From Patescibacteria group bacterium (GTDB taxonomy: Bacteria > Patescibacteriota > Patescibacteriia > JAXHNJ01), in the NCBI GenBank assembly GCA_034520665.1, contig JAXHNJ010000002.1, positions 608,660 through 672,659 on the forward strand: a DNA stretch of 64,000 bases, read 5' to 3'. Both the position numbers and the translations under genes were made by a program. This document shows positions 28,592-37,800 of this stretch, piece after piece. Each line of letters begins with the position of its first letter. The first letter of the stretch is position 1. The notes beneath the pieces were generated by a model that saw only the letters and a list, made by a program, of their open reading frames with translations, was not told where the DNA came from and searched no databases.

Positions 28592-29224
28592 ATGACAATC
28601 TGGGATAAGATATACAAAAATTATCTAAAAGGCGGACCAGCCTGGAAATCATTATCGGAAAAGATAAGGCCTGAGTTTAAAAGCTTTGTTAAAGAAACTA
28701 AGTTTGCCTACAAAAAAGCTCTTGATATTGGTTGTGGCGACGGGCGTTACTTAAAATATCTTGAAGAAAGAGGCTTTACAGTGAGTGGACTTGACTCCAG
28801 TCAAACCTCGGTAAATATCTGTCGGAAAAAGTTAGGCAAAGAAGCCAAAGTAGAGAAAGCCGATATGTTTAAATATAATATTCCTGACAACCAATATGAT
28901 TTTATTTATTCTATAAACACCTTGCAGCATGGTTATAAAGAACAGTCTAGAGAGTTGATAAAAAAAATTTATCAAGCTTTAATAAAATCAGGAAGAATAT
29001 TTATTACCTTACCCGATGAAAGTGGAGCTGATAAATGGCAGACTTTTAAAAAAAGTAAAAAAATGGCTGAAGGCACTTTTATTCCTTTAATTGGTCCGGA
29101 AAAGGGGCTGCCTCACAGTTTTTTTAAAAAAAAAGAAATAATGAAATATTTTTCTGATTTTAATAATATCAATAGGGAAATAGACAAAAAAAGAAAAATC
29201 TGGCTAATTACTGGAAAAAAATAA
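28592..29224 (+). CDS. class I SAM-dependent methyltransferase
   Basis: LDIGCGDGRYL motif I and downstream acidic motif. Confidence 0.7.
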   Translation: MTIWDKIYKNYLKGGPAWKSLSEKIRPEFKSFVKETKFAYKKALDIGCGDGRYLKYLEERGFTVSGLDSSQTSVNICRKKLGKEAKVEKADMFKYNIPDNQYDFIYSINTLQHGYKEQSRELIKKIYQALIKSGRIFITLPDESGADKWQTFKKSKKMAEGTFIPLIGPEKGLPHSFFKKKEIMKYFSDFNNINREIDKKRKIWLITGKK

Positions 29225-29243
29225 TTATTAATAAAATAAATAT

Positions 29244-29801
29244 ATGGATTTTTTTGAAACATTATTAAAAAGACATTCAGTTCGGGCTTATCAGACTAGA
29301 GAAGTAGAGGATGAAAAACTGGAAAAAATAATGGGGGCTGGTCTTCATTCAGCCAGTGCCCGCAATCGCCAGCCTTATCAGGTTTATGTGGTTAAAAACC
29401 AAAGCCTAAGAGAAAAAATTGTTCAGGCAAATTTTAAAGCTAATTTCTGGATGAAAGAAGCCCCAGTAATTATGGTAATTTGTATAAATGCTAGTAAATT
29501 ACCGAATCAGGGCACCTATGAACATAATTATCTGGACGCTGGTATTATGACTGGTAATATGATGCTAACCGCCACGGCCCAAGGCTTGGGCTCATGTGCT
29601 TGTGCGGCTTTTGATAAAGACGAGGTCAGGAAAATAATAGATATTCCAAAAGATTTAAAACCAATTTTATGTTTACCGATTGGTTATCCGAGAGAGGACA
29701 AAAAGGGCAAATTTGATTTATCAAAGTCTTATGAAAAGCTGGCTCATTTTTTAACTCATTATAAAAAAAGAAAAATAAATGATATTTTTAAAATTAAATA
29801 A
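29244..29801 (+). CDS. nitroreductase-family protein
   Basis: RHSVRAY...SARNRQPYQVYVV signature. Confidence 0.75.
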   Translation: MDFFETLLKRHSVRAYQTREVEDEKLEKIMGAGLHSASARNRQPYQVYVVKNQSLREKIVQANFKANFWMKEAPVIMVICINASKLPNQGTYEHNYLDAGIMTGNMMLTATAQGLGSCACAAFDKDEVRKIIDIPKDLKPILCLPIGYPREDKKGKFDLSKSYEKLAHFLTHYKKRKINDIFKIK

Positions 29802-29807
29802 AATTAT

Positions 29808-30155
29808 ATGAAAAAATTATTATTATTAGGTTTAATAATTTTACCATTGATAATACTTAGTGGTTGTAGCGAAAAAGCAGAAACAAAGGTTTCCGGAGAT
29901 ATTATACTTTTTGTTTCTCGAACCTGTGGGCATTGCGCCAAAGTCAAGGAATATATTAAACAGAATAACATTAATAATTTGGTTAATTATAGGGAAGTAG
30001 AAGCTTATGACAGTGATGAAAACTATAGTCTTTTTAATCAAAAGGCTGATGAATGTGATTTATCTCAAAGGGGGGTGCCCATGGTTTATGCTGGTGGAGA
30101 GTGCCAGATCGGCTCACCTAATGTCATTAATTTTTTTGAAAATCAAGCCCAATAA
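29808..30155 (+). CDS. thioredoxin-fold (glutaredoxin/NrdH-like) lipoprotein
   Basis: Lipobox ILSGC; CGHC redox motif followed by VPMVYAGGE. Confidence 0.55.
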   Translation: MKKLLLLGLIILPLIILSGCSEKAETKVSGDIILFVSRTCGHCAKVKEYIKQNNINNLVNYREVEAYDSDENYSLFNQKADECDLSQRGVPMVYAGGECQIGSPNVINFFENQAQ

Positions 30156-30162
30156 ATAAAAA

Positions 30163-31335
30163 ATGTCTAATCGTCTTGCCAGTTTTATAGAAAAATTTTA
30201 TCTCAAGGAAAAAATCAGGCCTTCACTTATGGCCTTATATTTAAACCGTATATTACAGGCCGCTTGTTTTGGTTTTTTTAGTATTTTTATTCCTATCTTT
30301 TTATACCAGAAGTTTAATAATTCTCTGGAGATTGTTTTAATTTATTTTATTTTGAGCTACGCCACTTATGCTTTAACTGTTGTTTTTGGGGCTAAAATTA
30401 TGTCCCGTCTGGGTCTTAGAAACTCCATGGTTATTAGTGTTATTTTTCTGATTGGATTTTTTAGTGCCTATTATTTTTTTCAAGCCTCTATAGGATATCT
30501 AATTTTTTTAGTTATTCTAAAAAATTTATTCCGTAACTTTTATTGGGTGCCTTTTCATACCGAGTTTGCCGAGTTTACTGACCGGCGCCACCGCGGCCGG
30601 GAAGTCGGTTTTTTTTACGCCCTTTGGTCAATATTAAAAGTTGGCGTACCGGTGACCGGCGGCTTTATTATCGCCCGCTATGGCTTTGATAATTTATTTA
30701 TTCTAGTCATTATTATAGCTGTTATGTCAATTATTCCTCTTTTTCTGACTCAAAAAGTAAAAGAAAAATTTTCCTGGAGTTATTTTAAAACTATTAAAAA
30801 ACTTTTTTCCAAAGGCTGCCGCCGCTGGGTTTTAGCCTTTTTTGCTGACGGAGTTCAGGATGTAATTGGTTTGGTTATTTGGCCGATTTATATTTTTATA
30901 CTTTTAGAGGAAAAATACACCAGTGTTGGTATTGTTACCAGTTTAATTGTTTTAAGTGTTCTAATTTTATATCTGGTTTTGGGCAATTTTTCGGATCGTT
31001 TTTCTAAACACAAACTTTTGCGCTACAGTAGCTTTTTTTACGCGGTTGGCTGGGTTTTTAAAGCTTTAGTTTATTCAGCCGGCCATATTTTTATTGCTGG
31101 CACTTACCATGATTTTTCTAAAGCGGTTATGCGCACTCCTTTTGACGCGCTACGATACGAAAAAGCGGCTGACCGCGGTCATTACGTTGATGAGTACACG
31201 GTTTTAAGAGAAATTGCTATTTGCAGCGGCCGAGCTTTAATGCTGGTTTTAATTTTAGTTTTAATTCAATTTACTGATTTAAGGATTGCTTTTTATGTGG
31301 CTGCTTTGGCTTCTTTATTTGTTAGTATTTTATAA
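30163..31335 (+). CDS. MFS-type transporter
   Basis: 390 aa, about 10-12 TM helices, basic cytoplasmic loops. Confidence 0.6.
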   Translation: MSNRLASFIEKFYLKEKIRPSLMALYLNRILQAACFGFFSIFIPIFLYQKFNNSLEIVLIYFILSYATYALTVVFGAKIMSRLGLRNSMVISVIFLIGFFSAYYFFQASIGYLIFLVILKNLFRNFYWVPFHTEFAEFTDRRHRGREVGFFYALWSILKVGVPVTGGFIIARYGFDNLFILVIIIAVMSIIPLFLTQKVKEKFSWSYFKTIKKLFSKGCRRWVLAFFADGVQDVIGLVIWPIYIFILLEEKYTSVGIVTSLIVLSVLILYLVLGNFSDRFSKHKLLRYSSFFYAVGWVFKALVYSAGHIFIAGTYHDFSKAVMRTPFDALRYEKAADRGHYVDEYTVLREIAICSGRALMLVLILVLIQFTDLRIAFYVAALASLFVSIL

Positions 31336-31337
31336 TT

Positions 31338-31910
31338 ATGAAAATAGTAAAATCAGAAAGTATTAACTGGCAAAAAATAAATAATATTTTAAAAAATGAT
31401 GGCGTCATTGTTTATCCAACCGATACAGCTTATGGTCTGGCTGCTGATTTCTTTTCGGAAAAAGCTTTAAAAAAAGTTTATCGGATAAAACAAAGACCTC
31501 TTTCAAAAAAAATAGCTTTAATCGCTTCAAGTTTGGCGCCGGTTAAAAAATATTTTTGCTTAAACAAAAAAGAATTGTCTCTGGCTAAAAAGTATTGGCC
31601 TGGTCCCTTAACTTTAATATTAAAGTTAAAAAATAAAGAAAAAAAAGTAGGGGTGAGAGTGCCTGATTTTAAAATGGCTAGGGAATTGGCCAAAAATTTT
31701 GAAAAACCAATTACCGCTACCTCAGCCAATTTATCGGGCCAACCAAATCCTTATTCAGCTAGCCAGGTTGTCAGGCAGTTTAAAAATAAAAAAAATCAGC
31801 CTGACTTGATTATTGACGCTGGCCGTTTGAAGAAAATAAAACCCTCAACCGTGGCTGAGATAATAAATGATAAAATAAAAATTATCAGAAAAGGACCAAT
31901 AAATTTATGA
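31338..31910 (+). CDS. tsaC: L-threonylcarbamoyladenylate synthase (TsaC/YrdC)
   Basis: VYPTDTAYGLAAD and KQRP motifs of the YrdC/Sua5 domain. Confidence 0.8.
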   Translation: MKIVKSESINWQKINNILKNDGVIVYPTDTAYGLAADFFSEKALKKVYRIKQRPLSKKIALIASSLAPVKKYFCLNKKELSLAKKYWPGPLTLILKLKNKEKKVGVRVPDFKMARELAKNFEKPITATSANLSGQPNPYSASQVVRQFKNKKNQPDLIIDAGRLKKIKPSTVAEIINDKIKIIRKGPINL

Positions 31911-33073
31911 AAAAATGGCCCGGTATTAGCTATAATCTCACCCATTATTTTTCCCATAAATTAAATCGGCAACTAAGCGAACTTTATGCTTCAGTCGCCT
32001 TGAAAGATTTTGCCGTCGCCGCTATTGCTATTTTTGAACCGATTTATCTCTGGACTCTTGGTTTTTCTTTACAGAATATTGTTTTGTTTTATTTATTAGT
32101 TTACGGTCTTTATATATTTACTATGCCTCTGGGCGGTAAGTTTGCCTCTCAGGTGGGTTATGAAAAAACTATTTTTATCAGCAGTTTCTTTTTGATTTTT
32201 CTTTATCTTTGTCTATTTTTAATTCCCTATCATCCAGTCTTTATTATTTTAGCTGTGGCCATGTATGTTATGCGAAAAACGCTTTATTGGCCGGCTTTTC
32301 ACGGTGATTTTGCCCAGTCTTCGGATGAATCAGACCGTGGGCGGGAAACAGCCAGTATTGAAACTATTTCCATGTTTGTCTATGTTTTGGGCCCTTTGGC
32401 TGGCGGTTTTATTATTAAATTTTTTGGTTTTAATGTTCTCTTTTTTGTGGTTTCCATAATTATATTGTTGTCTAATATCCCTATGTTAATTACCAAGGAA
32501 AAAGTTAAAAAGTTTAAGTATAATTACTTAGCCAGTTTTAAAATGATAACCAAGAAAGAGAATCTAAGAAGTTTTATGGCTTACCTCGGTTTTGGTGAGG
32601 AGTTAGTAGTCATGGTTGTCTGGCCGATATTTATTTATATGGTGGTAAAAGATTTTTTTAATGTCGGTGGTTTGGTAGCCTTAGCTACTTTTGTGACTGG
32701 AGTTGTTTTGCTTTTTATTGGCCGCAGCACAGATAAAAGAAAAAATAAAAATAAGATAGTTAAAACCGGTGCTATCTTTTATTCCATTACCTGGTTGATG
32801 CGACTTTTAGCCTCAACCGGTTTGCACGTCTTTTTTATTGATTCTTTTTCACGGGTTTTTAAAAATGTTATTTATGTACCGGTTATGGCTTTGACTTATG
32901 ACCGGGCTTCAAAAAAGGAGATATTAAAATCGGTAATTTTCTTTGAACAGGGACTGGCCTTTGGTAAGTTTTTAGCTGCTCTGAGCATTTATATTTTATT
33001 ATTTTTCTTTAGTGGCCCGGCCGCGGCTTTTATTATCGCGGCTGGCATGACTTTTTTATATATTTTTATTTAA
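31907..33073 (+). CDS. MFS-type transporter (paralog of 30163..31335)
   Basis: Similar length and topology; shared motifs (YWPAFH, ...SDxxxRGRE...). Confidence 0.6.
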   Translation: MKKWPGISYNLTHYFSHKLNRQLSELYASVALKDFAVAAIAIFEPIYLWTLGFSLQNIVLFYLLVYGLYIFTMPLGGKFASQVGYEKTIFISSFFLIFLYLCLFLIPYHPVFIILAVAMYVMRKTLYWPAFHGDFAQSSDESDRGRETASIETISMFVYVLGPLAGGFIIKFFGFNVLFFVVSIIILLSNIPMLITKEKVKKFKYNYLASFKMITKKENLRSFMAYLGFGEELVVMVVWPIFIYMVVKDFFNVGGLVALATFVTGVVLLFIGRSTDKRKNKNKIVKTGAIFYSITWLMRLLASTGLHVFFIDSFSRVFKNVIYVPVMALTYDRASKKEILKSVIFFEQGLAFGKFLAALSIYILLFFFSGPAAAFIIAAGMTFLYIFI

Positions 33074-33082
33074 ATATAAATA

Positions 33083-33916
33083 ATGGAAAATATTTCTAAA
33101 AAAAAGGTAAAAAAAATATGCCAGGATATTGGTTTGCGACCGCGACGACAAAGCGGGCAGCACTTTTTATATAAAAAAGAAATAATTAATCAAATAATTG
33201 GGACCAGCCAGCCGCTGATTAATGAATCTATTTTAGAGATTGGCCCTGGTTTAGGCTTTTTAACTGAAGAAATTTTAAAAAAGTCAAAAAAATTACTAGC
33301 CGTTGAAATAGATAAGCGAATGGCTGAGTATTTAAAAAATAAATTTCAAGGTGAAAACAAATTAAAAATTATTAGAGAAAATATTTTTGATGTTAACTTA
33401 AAAAAATATTTTAATGACTTAAATTATAAACTAATTTCTAATTTACCTTATAATATTACTTCTTTAGTTTTAAGAAATTTTTTATCAGAAAAACCCCGCC
33501 CAAAAGAAATGATTTTAACTATTCAAAAAGAAGTAGCCCTGAGGATAATAGCTAAACCCCCGAATATGAGTATTCTTTCCGTGGTTTGTCAGTTTTATGC
33601 TCAACCAAAAATTATAAAAATAATAAATCCAGATAGTTTTTGGCCCCGGCCAAAAGTAGACTCGGCCGTTATAAAATTTTATAGTATCGGAGAAAATAAG
33701 CGTGAAGTCAATGAAGAGAATTTTCTAAAAGTAGTCAAAGGGGGCTTTTCAGCCAAAAGAAAAAAATTAACCAATAATTTAAAGCATGTTTTAGGTATTT
33801 TACCTAATAATAGCCAAAAAATACTAAAAGATTTAGGCATAAAAAAAGATATTAGAGCTCAAAATCTAACTCTTGAAGATTGGGTGGCTTTAAGTAAAAA
33901 ATTGTTTGACGTATAA
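33083..33916 (+). CDS. rsmA: 16S rRNA (adenine1518/1519-N6)-dimethyltransferase
   Basis: GQHFL, EIGPGLGFLT, NLPYNI motifs of KsgA/RsmA. Confidence 0.85.
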   Translation: MENISKKKVKKICQDIGLRPRRQSGQHFLYKKEIINQIIGTSQPLINESILEIGPGLGFLTEEILKKSKKLLAVEIDKRMAEYLKNKFQGENKLKIIRENIFDVNLKKYFNDLNYKLISNLPYNITSLVLRNFLSEKPRPKEMILTIQKEVALRIIAKPPNMSILSVVCQFYAQPKIIKIINPDSFWPRPKVDSAVIKFYSIGENKREVNEENFLKVVKGGFSAKRKKLTNNLKHVLGILPNNSQKILKDLGIKKDIRAQNLTLEDWVALSKKLFDV

Positions 33917-34847
33917 TGATAAATGTGATATAATGAAATTAGTTAATTTATTGTTTTTCTTTTATAATAAAATGGCTGATAATAATAGTGAAATTAATTT
34001 TCTAAAAAAAGGAAAAGAAAGAAATAAGGCAGATAAAAGTCAATCAGATGAATCTTCAAATGCCAAAAAACCATTTATTTTTATCGGAATAATAAGTCTT
34101 GTTGCTCTTTTTCTCGGTTTTTTTCAAATATATAAGAATATCTATTCTCCATTTCAAACTAAATTAAGTATAAACAGTACCTCCAGCTTAAGTGATCAAC
34201 AGCTTAATGAAATTGATTCGCTTAAAACCAAAGATACTGACTCAGACGGACTTTCTGATTATGATGAACTTTATTTTTATAATACTTCGCCTTATCTAAA
34301 AGATTCAGATAGTGATGGGTTTGAAGATAAAGAAGAAATAAATTCAGATAATGATCCCAATTGCCCGGCCGGAATTGATTGCAGTGGAATAAGTGGCCGA
34401 ACTAATACAAATACTTCAAATCAAAACGGAAATACCAATAATACTTTAATAACTGGACAAGCCAATACTGATTCATTAAGGCAGACTTTAAAAAACGCCG
34501 GTGTGCCGCAGTATATGCTGGAAAACATCAGTGATGAGGAATTGATGGAAGTTTATAAGCAAACCATAAATGAAACTAGCCAAACTAATGTTAATGCAAA
34601 TAGCAATTTAAATATAAATAATTCTAATTCTTCAACTTCAGTTTCATCTAACACTAATTTACCTTCTAATATAAACACATCAGAATTACCAGAAGAAGAA
34701 ATCACTAATTATCTAGAGAATTTATCAGCTGATGAAATAAGAAGCTTTTTAATAGAATATGGAATAAGTGAAGAAGAGCTTAGCGGAGTGGATGACGAAA
34801 CTTTAAAAGCAGTATTCCTCAAGGCTTTAGAAGAACAAGAGCTTTAA
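33906..34847 (+). CDS. membrane-anchored protein with thrombospondin-type-3-like Ca-binding Asp repeats
   Basis: TM at FIFIGIISLVALFLGFF; DTDSDGLSDYDE and DSDSDGFEDKEE repeats; N/S/T-rich low-complexity tail; probable start at internal MADNN. Confidence 0.5.
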   Translation: MTYNDKCDIMKLVNLLFFFYNKMADNNSEINFLKKGKERNKADKSQSDESSNAKKPFIFIGIISLVALFLGFFQIYKNIYSPFQTKLSINSTSSLSDQQLNEIDSLKTKDTDSDGLSDYDELYFYNTSPYLKDSDSDGFEDKEEINSDNDPNCPAGIDCSGISGRTNTNTSNQNGNTNNTLITGQANTDSLRQTLKNAGVPQYMLENISDEELMEVYKQTINETSQTNVNANSNLNINNSNSSTSVSSNTNLPSNINTSELPEEEITNYLENLSADEIRSFLIEYGISEEELSGVDDETLKAVFLKALEEQEL

Positions 34848-34859
34848 ATAAATTTTAGG

Positions 34860-37800
34860 ATGGGATTTAAACAAAATAATAATTTAAATAAGAAAATAAT
34901 CAACAGCTTTTTTTTACTGCTGTTTTTGTTTTCTTTTTTATTTATAGCTATAAAAGCCAATAAAGCTAAAGCACAATTTGGAGGACTAGTATTTGATCCA
35001 AGTGTTTATCAAGCTATAAGTACAGAGAGTGTTAGAGAAGCAGCGGATGATGTAAGAGAAGCAGCGGATGATACTAAAACAAGCATATGGGATAAAATTA
35101 AGGATAGATTGCAAGTAGCCGGTGATGTGGCTTATAAAAATGCTTTAAGAGTATACGTAGGCCGGTTAGCTCAAGACACAGCTACTTGGCTGGCTTCAGC
35201 CGGTACCGGCCAGAAGCCGCTTTTTATTACAGACCCTAATTACTGGAAAGATTTGACAGATGCGGCCGCTGGGGACGCCCTTTATACCTTAGGGGCTAAT
35301 GTTTTTGGTGTTAATATGTGTGAGCCAAATATCGGTGTTAAAATGAATATTACCTTCGGCTTGGGCCGAATTTTTAATCCCAATACCTGGTGTGAAGACA
35401 GTTGTGAGTGGGCCTATAACAGTAAAATTAGTAGTGTAGGAGAAAAATTTAATGAGGATAAAGTAGAATTTATTGATGACACTAAGGTGCCTAAAACAGG
35501 TATTTTAAACTATTACCAACAGTTTGCTTCAGATGCCAAGAGAGATGATAAAACTTCAACAAGATTTGATGAATTTAAAAAAATGTATGGTGATAATTTT
35601 CCTTGCCCGGTTAAATGTGTAGGAGAAGAAACCGTTGGTCCTCCGTCTCCGGGTATGCTTTGTATGGAGGCTGAGTATGAAGATAATCCGGATAATATGG
35701 AGAAACTCCCAACCACCTTGGAAAATTTAAGAGCTTGTATCTATACTTTACAAAATATATCAATTGAAGAAAGTCAGGAAGCCACTAGTGACCGGACTAA
35801 ATGTATGAGAAATTGTAATAATTATGAGCCGAGAAAAGCCCAGTGTAAGGCTAGTGATATTTGGACTAATGTAGAAACTATGGCTGATGAAACCGGTGGT
35901 AAATTAATTGGTGACACAGTTGATATATTTCTCAAACCAGAAGAAAATGATATTGGCCAATTACTGCTTACTTATGAACATATTAATGAAAAAACGCAGG
36001 CAGAATTATCAAGAGAAAAGACTCTTGCAGAAGGACAGATTAAGCCGGTAACGGCTACTGTTAGTAAAAGTATTTTATCTCCCCTGGAATTTGTTCACGC
36101 CCGCGGTAATCTTGCTTTAGATAAAGGGACTGAACCGGCGGTAGCCTATACTGGTTCCTGGTATGCTGACTCTATTACTATTTTTACTAATACTTTAATC
36201 AATAAATTAATAGAAAGAATTTTTGGCGGGTGCGGCTTAAATCAGGCGGCTTGTGAAAGTAGTCCGAGTGGCGGCTCAAAACTTAGTCAGCTTATGTTTG
36301 GCTCTGGCGGGCCAGTCGGTACAGCCGCGGCCAAACTGCGTTTCTCTTCTATTGCCAAAGTAGAATATAGCCGGGGCAGTCCCGGGCAAGACCCGATAAA
36401 TAGCGGGAATTTAACTTCAGAAGGCATTATTGATTCTGGTTTTGGAACAGCCATAAATGAGAAGATGACCGTTAAAAAGGCTCTTGAAGAAGGATTAATT
36501 GGCGGTATTTTTGGTTTTGATATTGAAGGACGCCAGCCCTCTATTGATTCTGGTATCTCTTACCGAACTATATTATATTTAAGAAAGTACCGGGTAGTGC
36601 CCGTGGGCTGGGAGTTGGCCGCTGAGTGGATAAGAGAAAATCCGCAGAGTATTTCTTTAAAACAAATAATGAACGAATATAATAATTGTGAACCAGGCGG
36701 AGAAAGTACCTGTAGCCATTCTGAAGAGACCTGTGTTAATAATAGCGATTGTTATGACGATTCCATTTATCCTACTTGTAATAACAGTGGAGACTGTACT
36801 GGAGTATGTAGTGGTACCTTTTGTATAAACGAACCATCGGTTTCATGTACCAGTGATACCGATTGTAACCAGGTCTGTGCTCATGAGACTAGCGATGATA
36901 CTTCTCATTGTTATTATTTTTGTAATGATGACAGTGATTGCGGCCCTAGTGAAATGTGTGTTGATAATTTTGGCGGTACTTCCGGTCATTGCGTCAGCGA
37001 AAACGAAGCTTATTGCCAATATCAGTCATCAGCTTCTCCCTTTTGCGGTTTAATTGATCCTAACTGGGTTTTAAAACTGTCGGCTACTTATTGTGAAAAA
37101 AGCGGAGCCGGAAATGAAATTATAAGCCGGGATTATATTTGTGCTGATGATACTAACAGTGACGGAGAAGCAAATTGTTATTCTGGCCGTGAAGGAGATT
37201 ACGCCGATGATATTGGCCAATGGCAGATTATGAGGGATTCTAATACTTGTATTGACGAAATTTCTTGTTTAAAAGAGGATGATCAGGGTAAATGTATTAA
37301 ATATGGTTATTGTTTTGAAGAAAGGCCAATCTGGGGTTTCAACGGAGAGGAATGCCCGCGCCAATATGCTTCCTGCCAAACCTTTGCTGTTCAATCAGGC
37401 GAGGAATATTCCTATTTAACCAATACTGTGGATACAAACGGTTGTGATTCCACTAATGCCGGCTGCCAATGGTATTGCCAGGATTATGATCAAGCAAACA
37501 GCACCTGGACTTGCCCCAGTACCGGCAATAAAATATATTTAGACCGAGATGTGGCCGAATGTGAAGAGTCTGATAAAGGCTGCCAGGAATTTATCCGCAT
37601 GTCTCAAGGAACAAACTTAGAAAATAGTTCAAGTTTTGAATATTATGAGGCTTGGCCAGCTGCGATTGTTCCTAATTCCGGAGAAATTGATGATGGAATA
37701 GAAGATGAAATTTATGGAGTATATTATAAAAACCCCAGTCTAAATTGTGGCGTTGAAGTAGAAGCAGTTAGCGAGGCTCATAGCGGTTCAGTCGCTATAA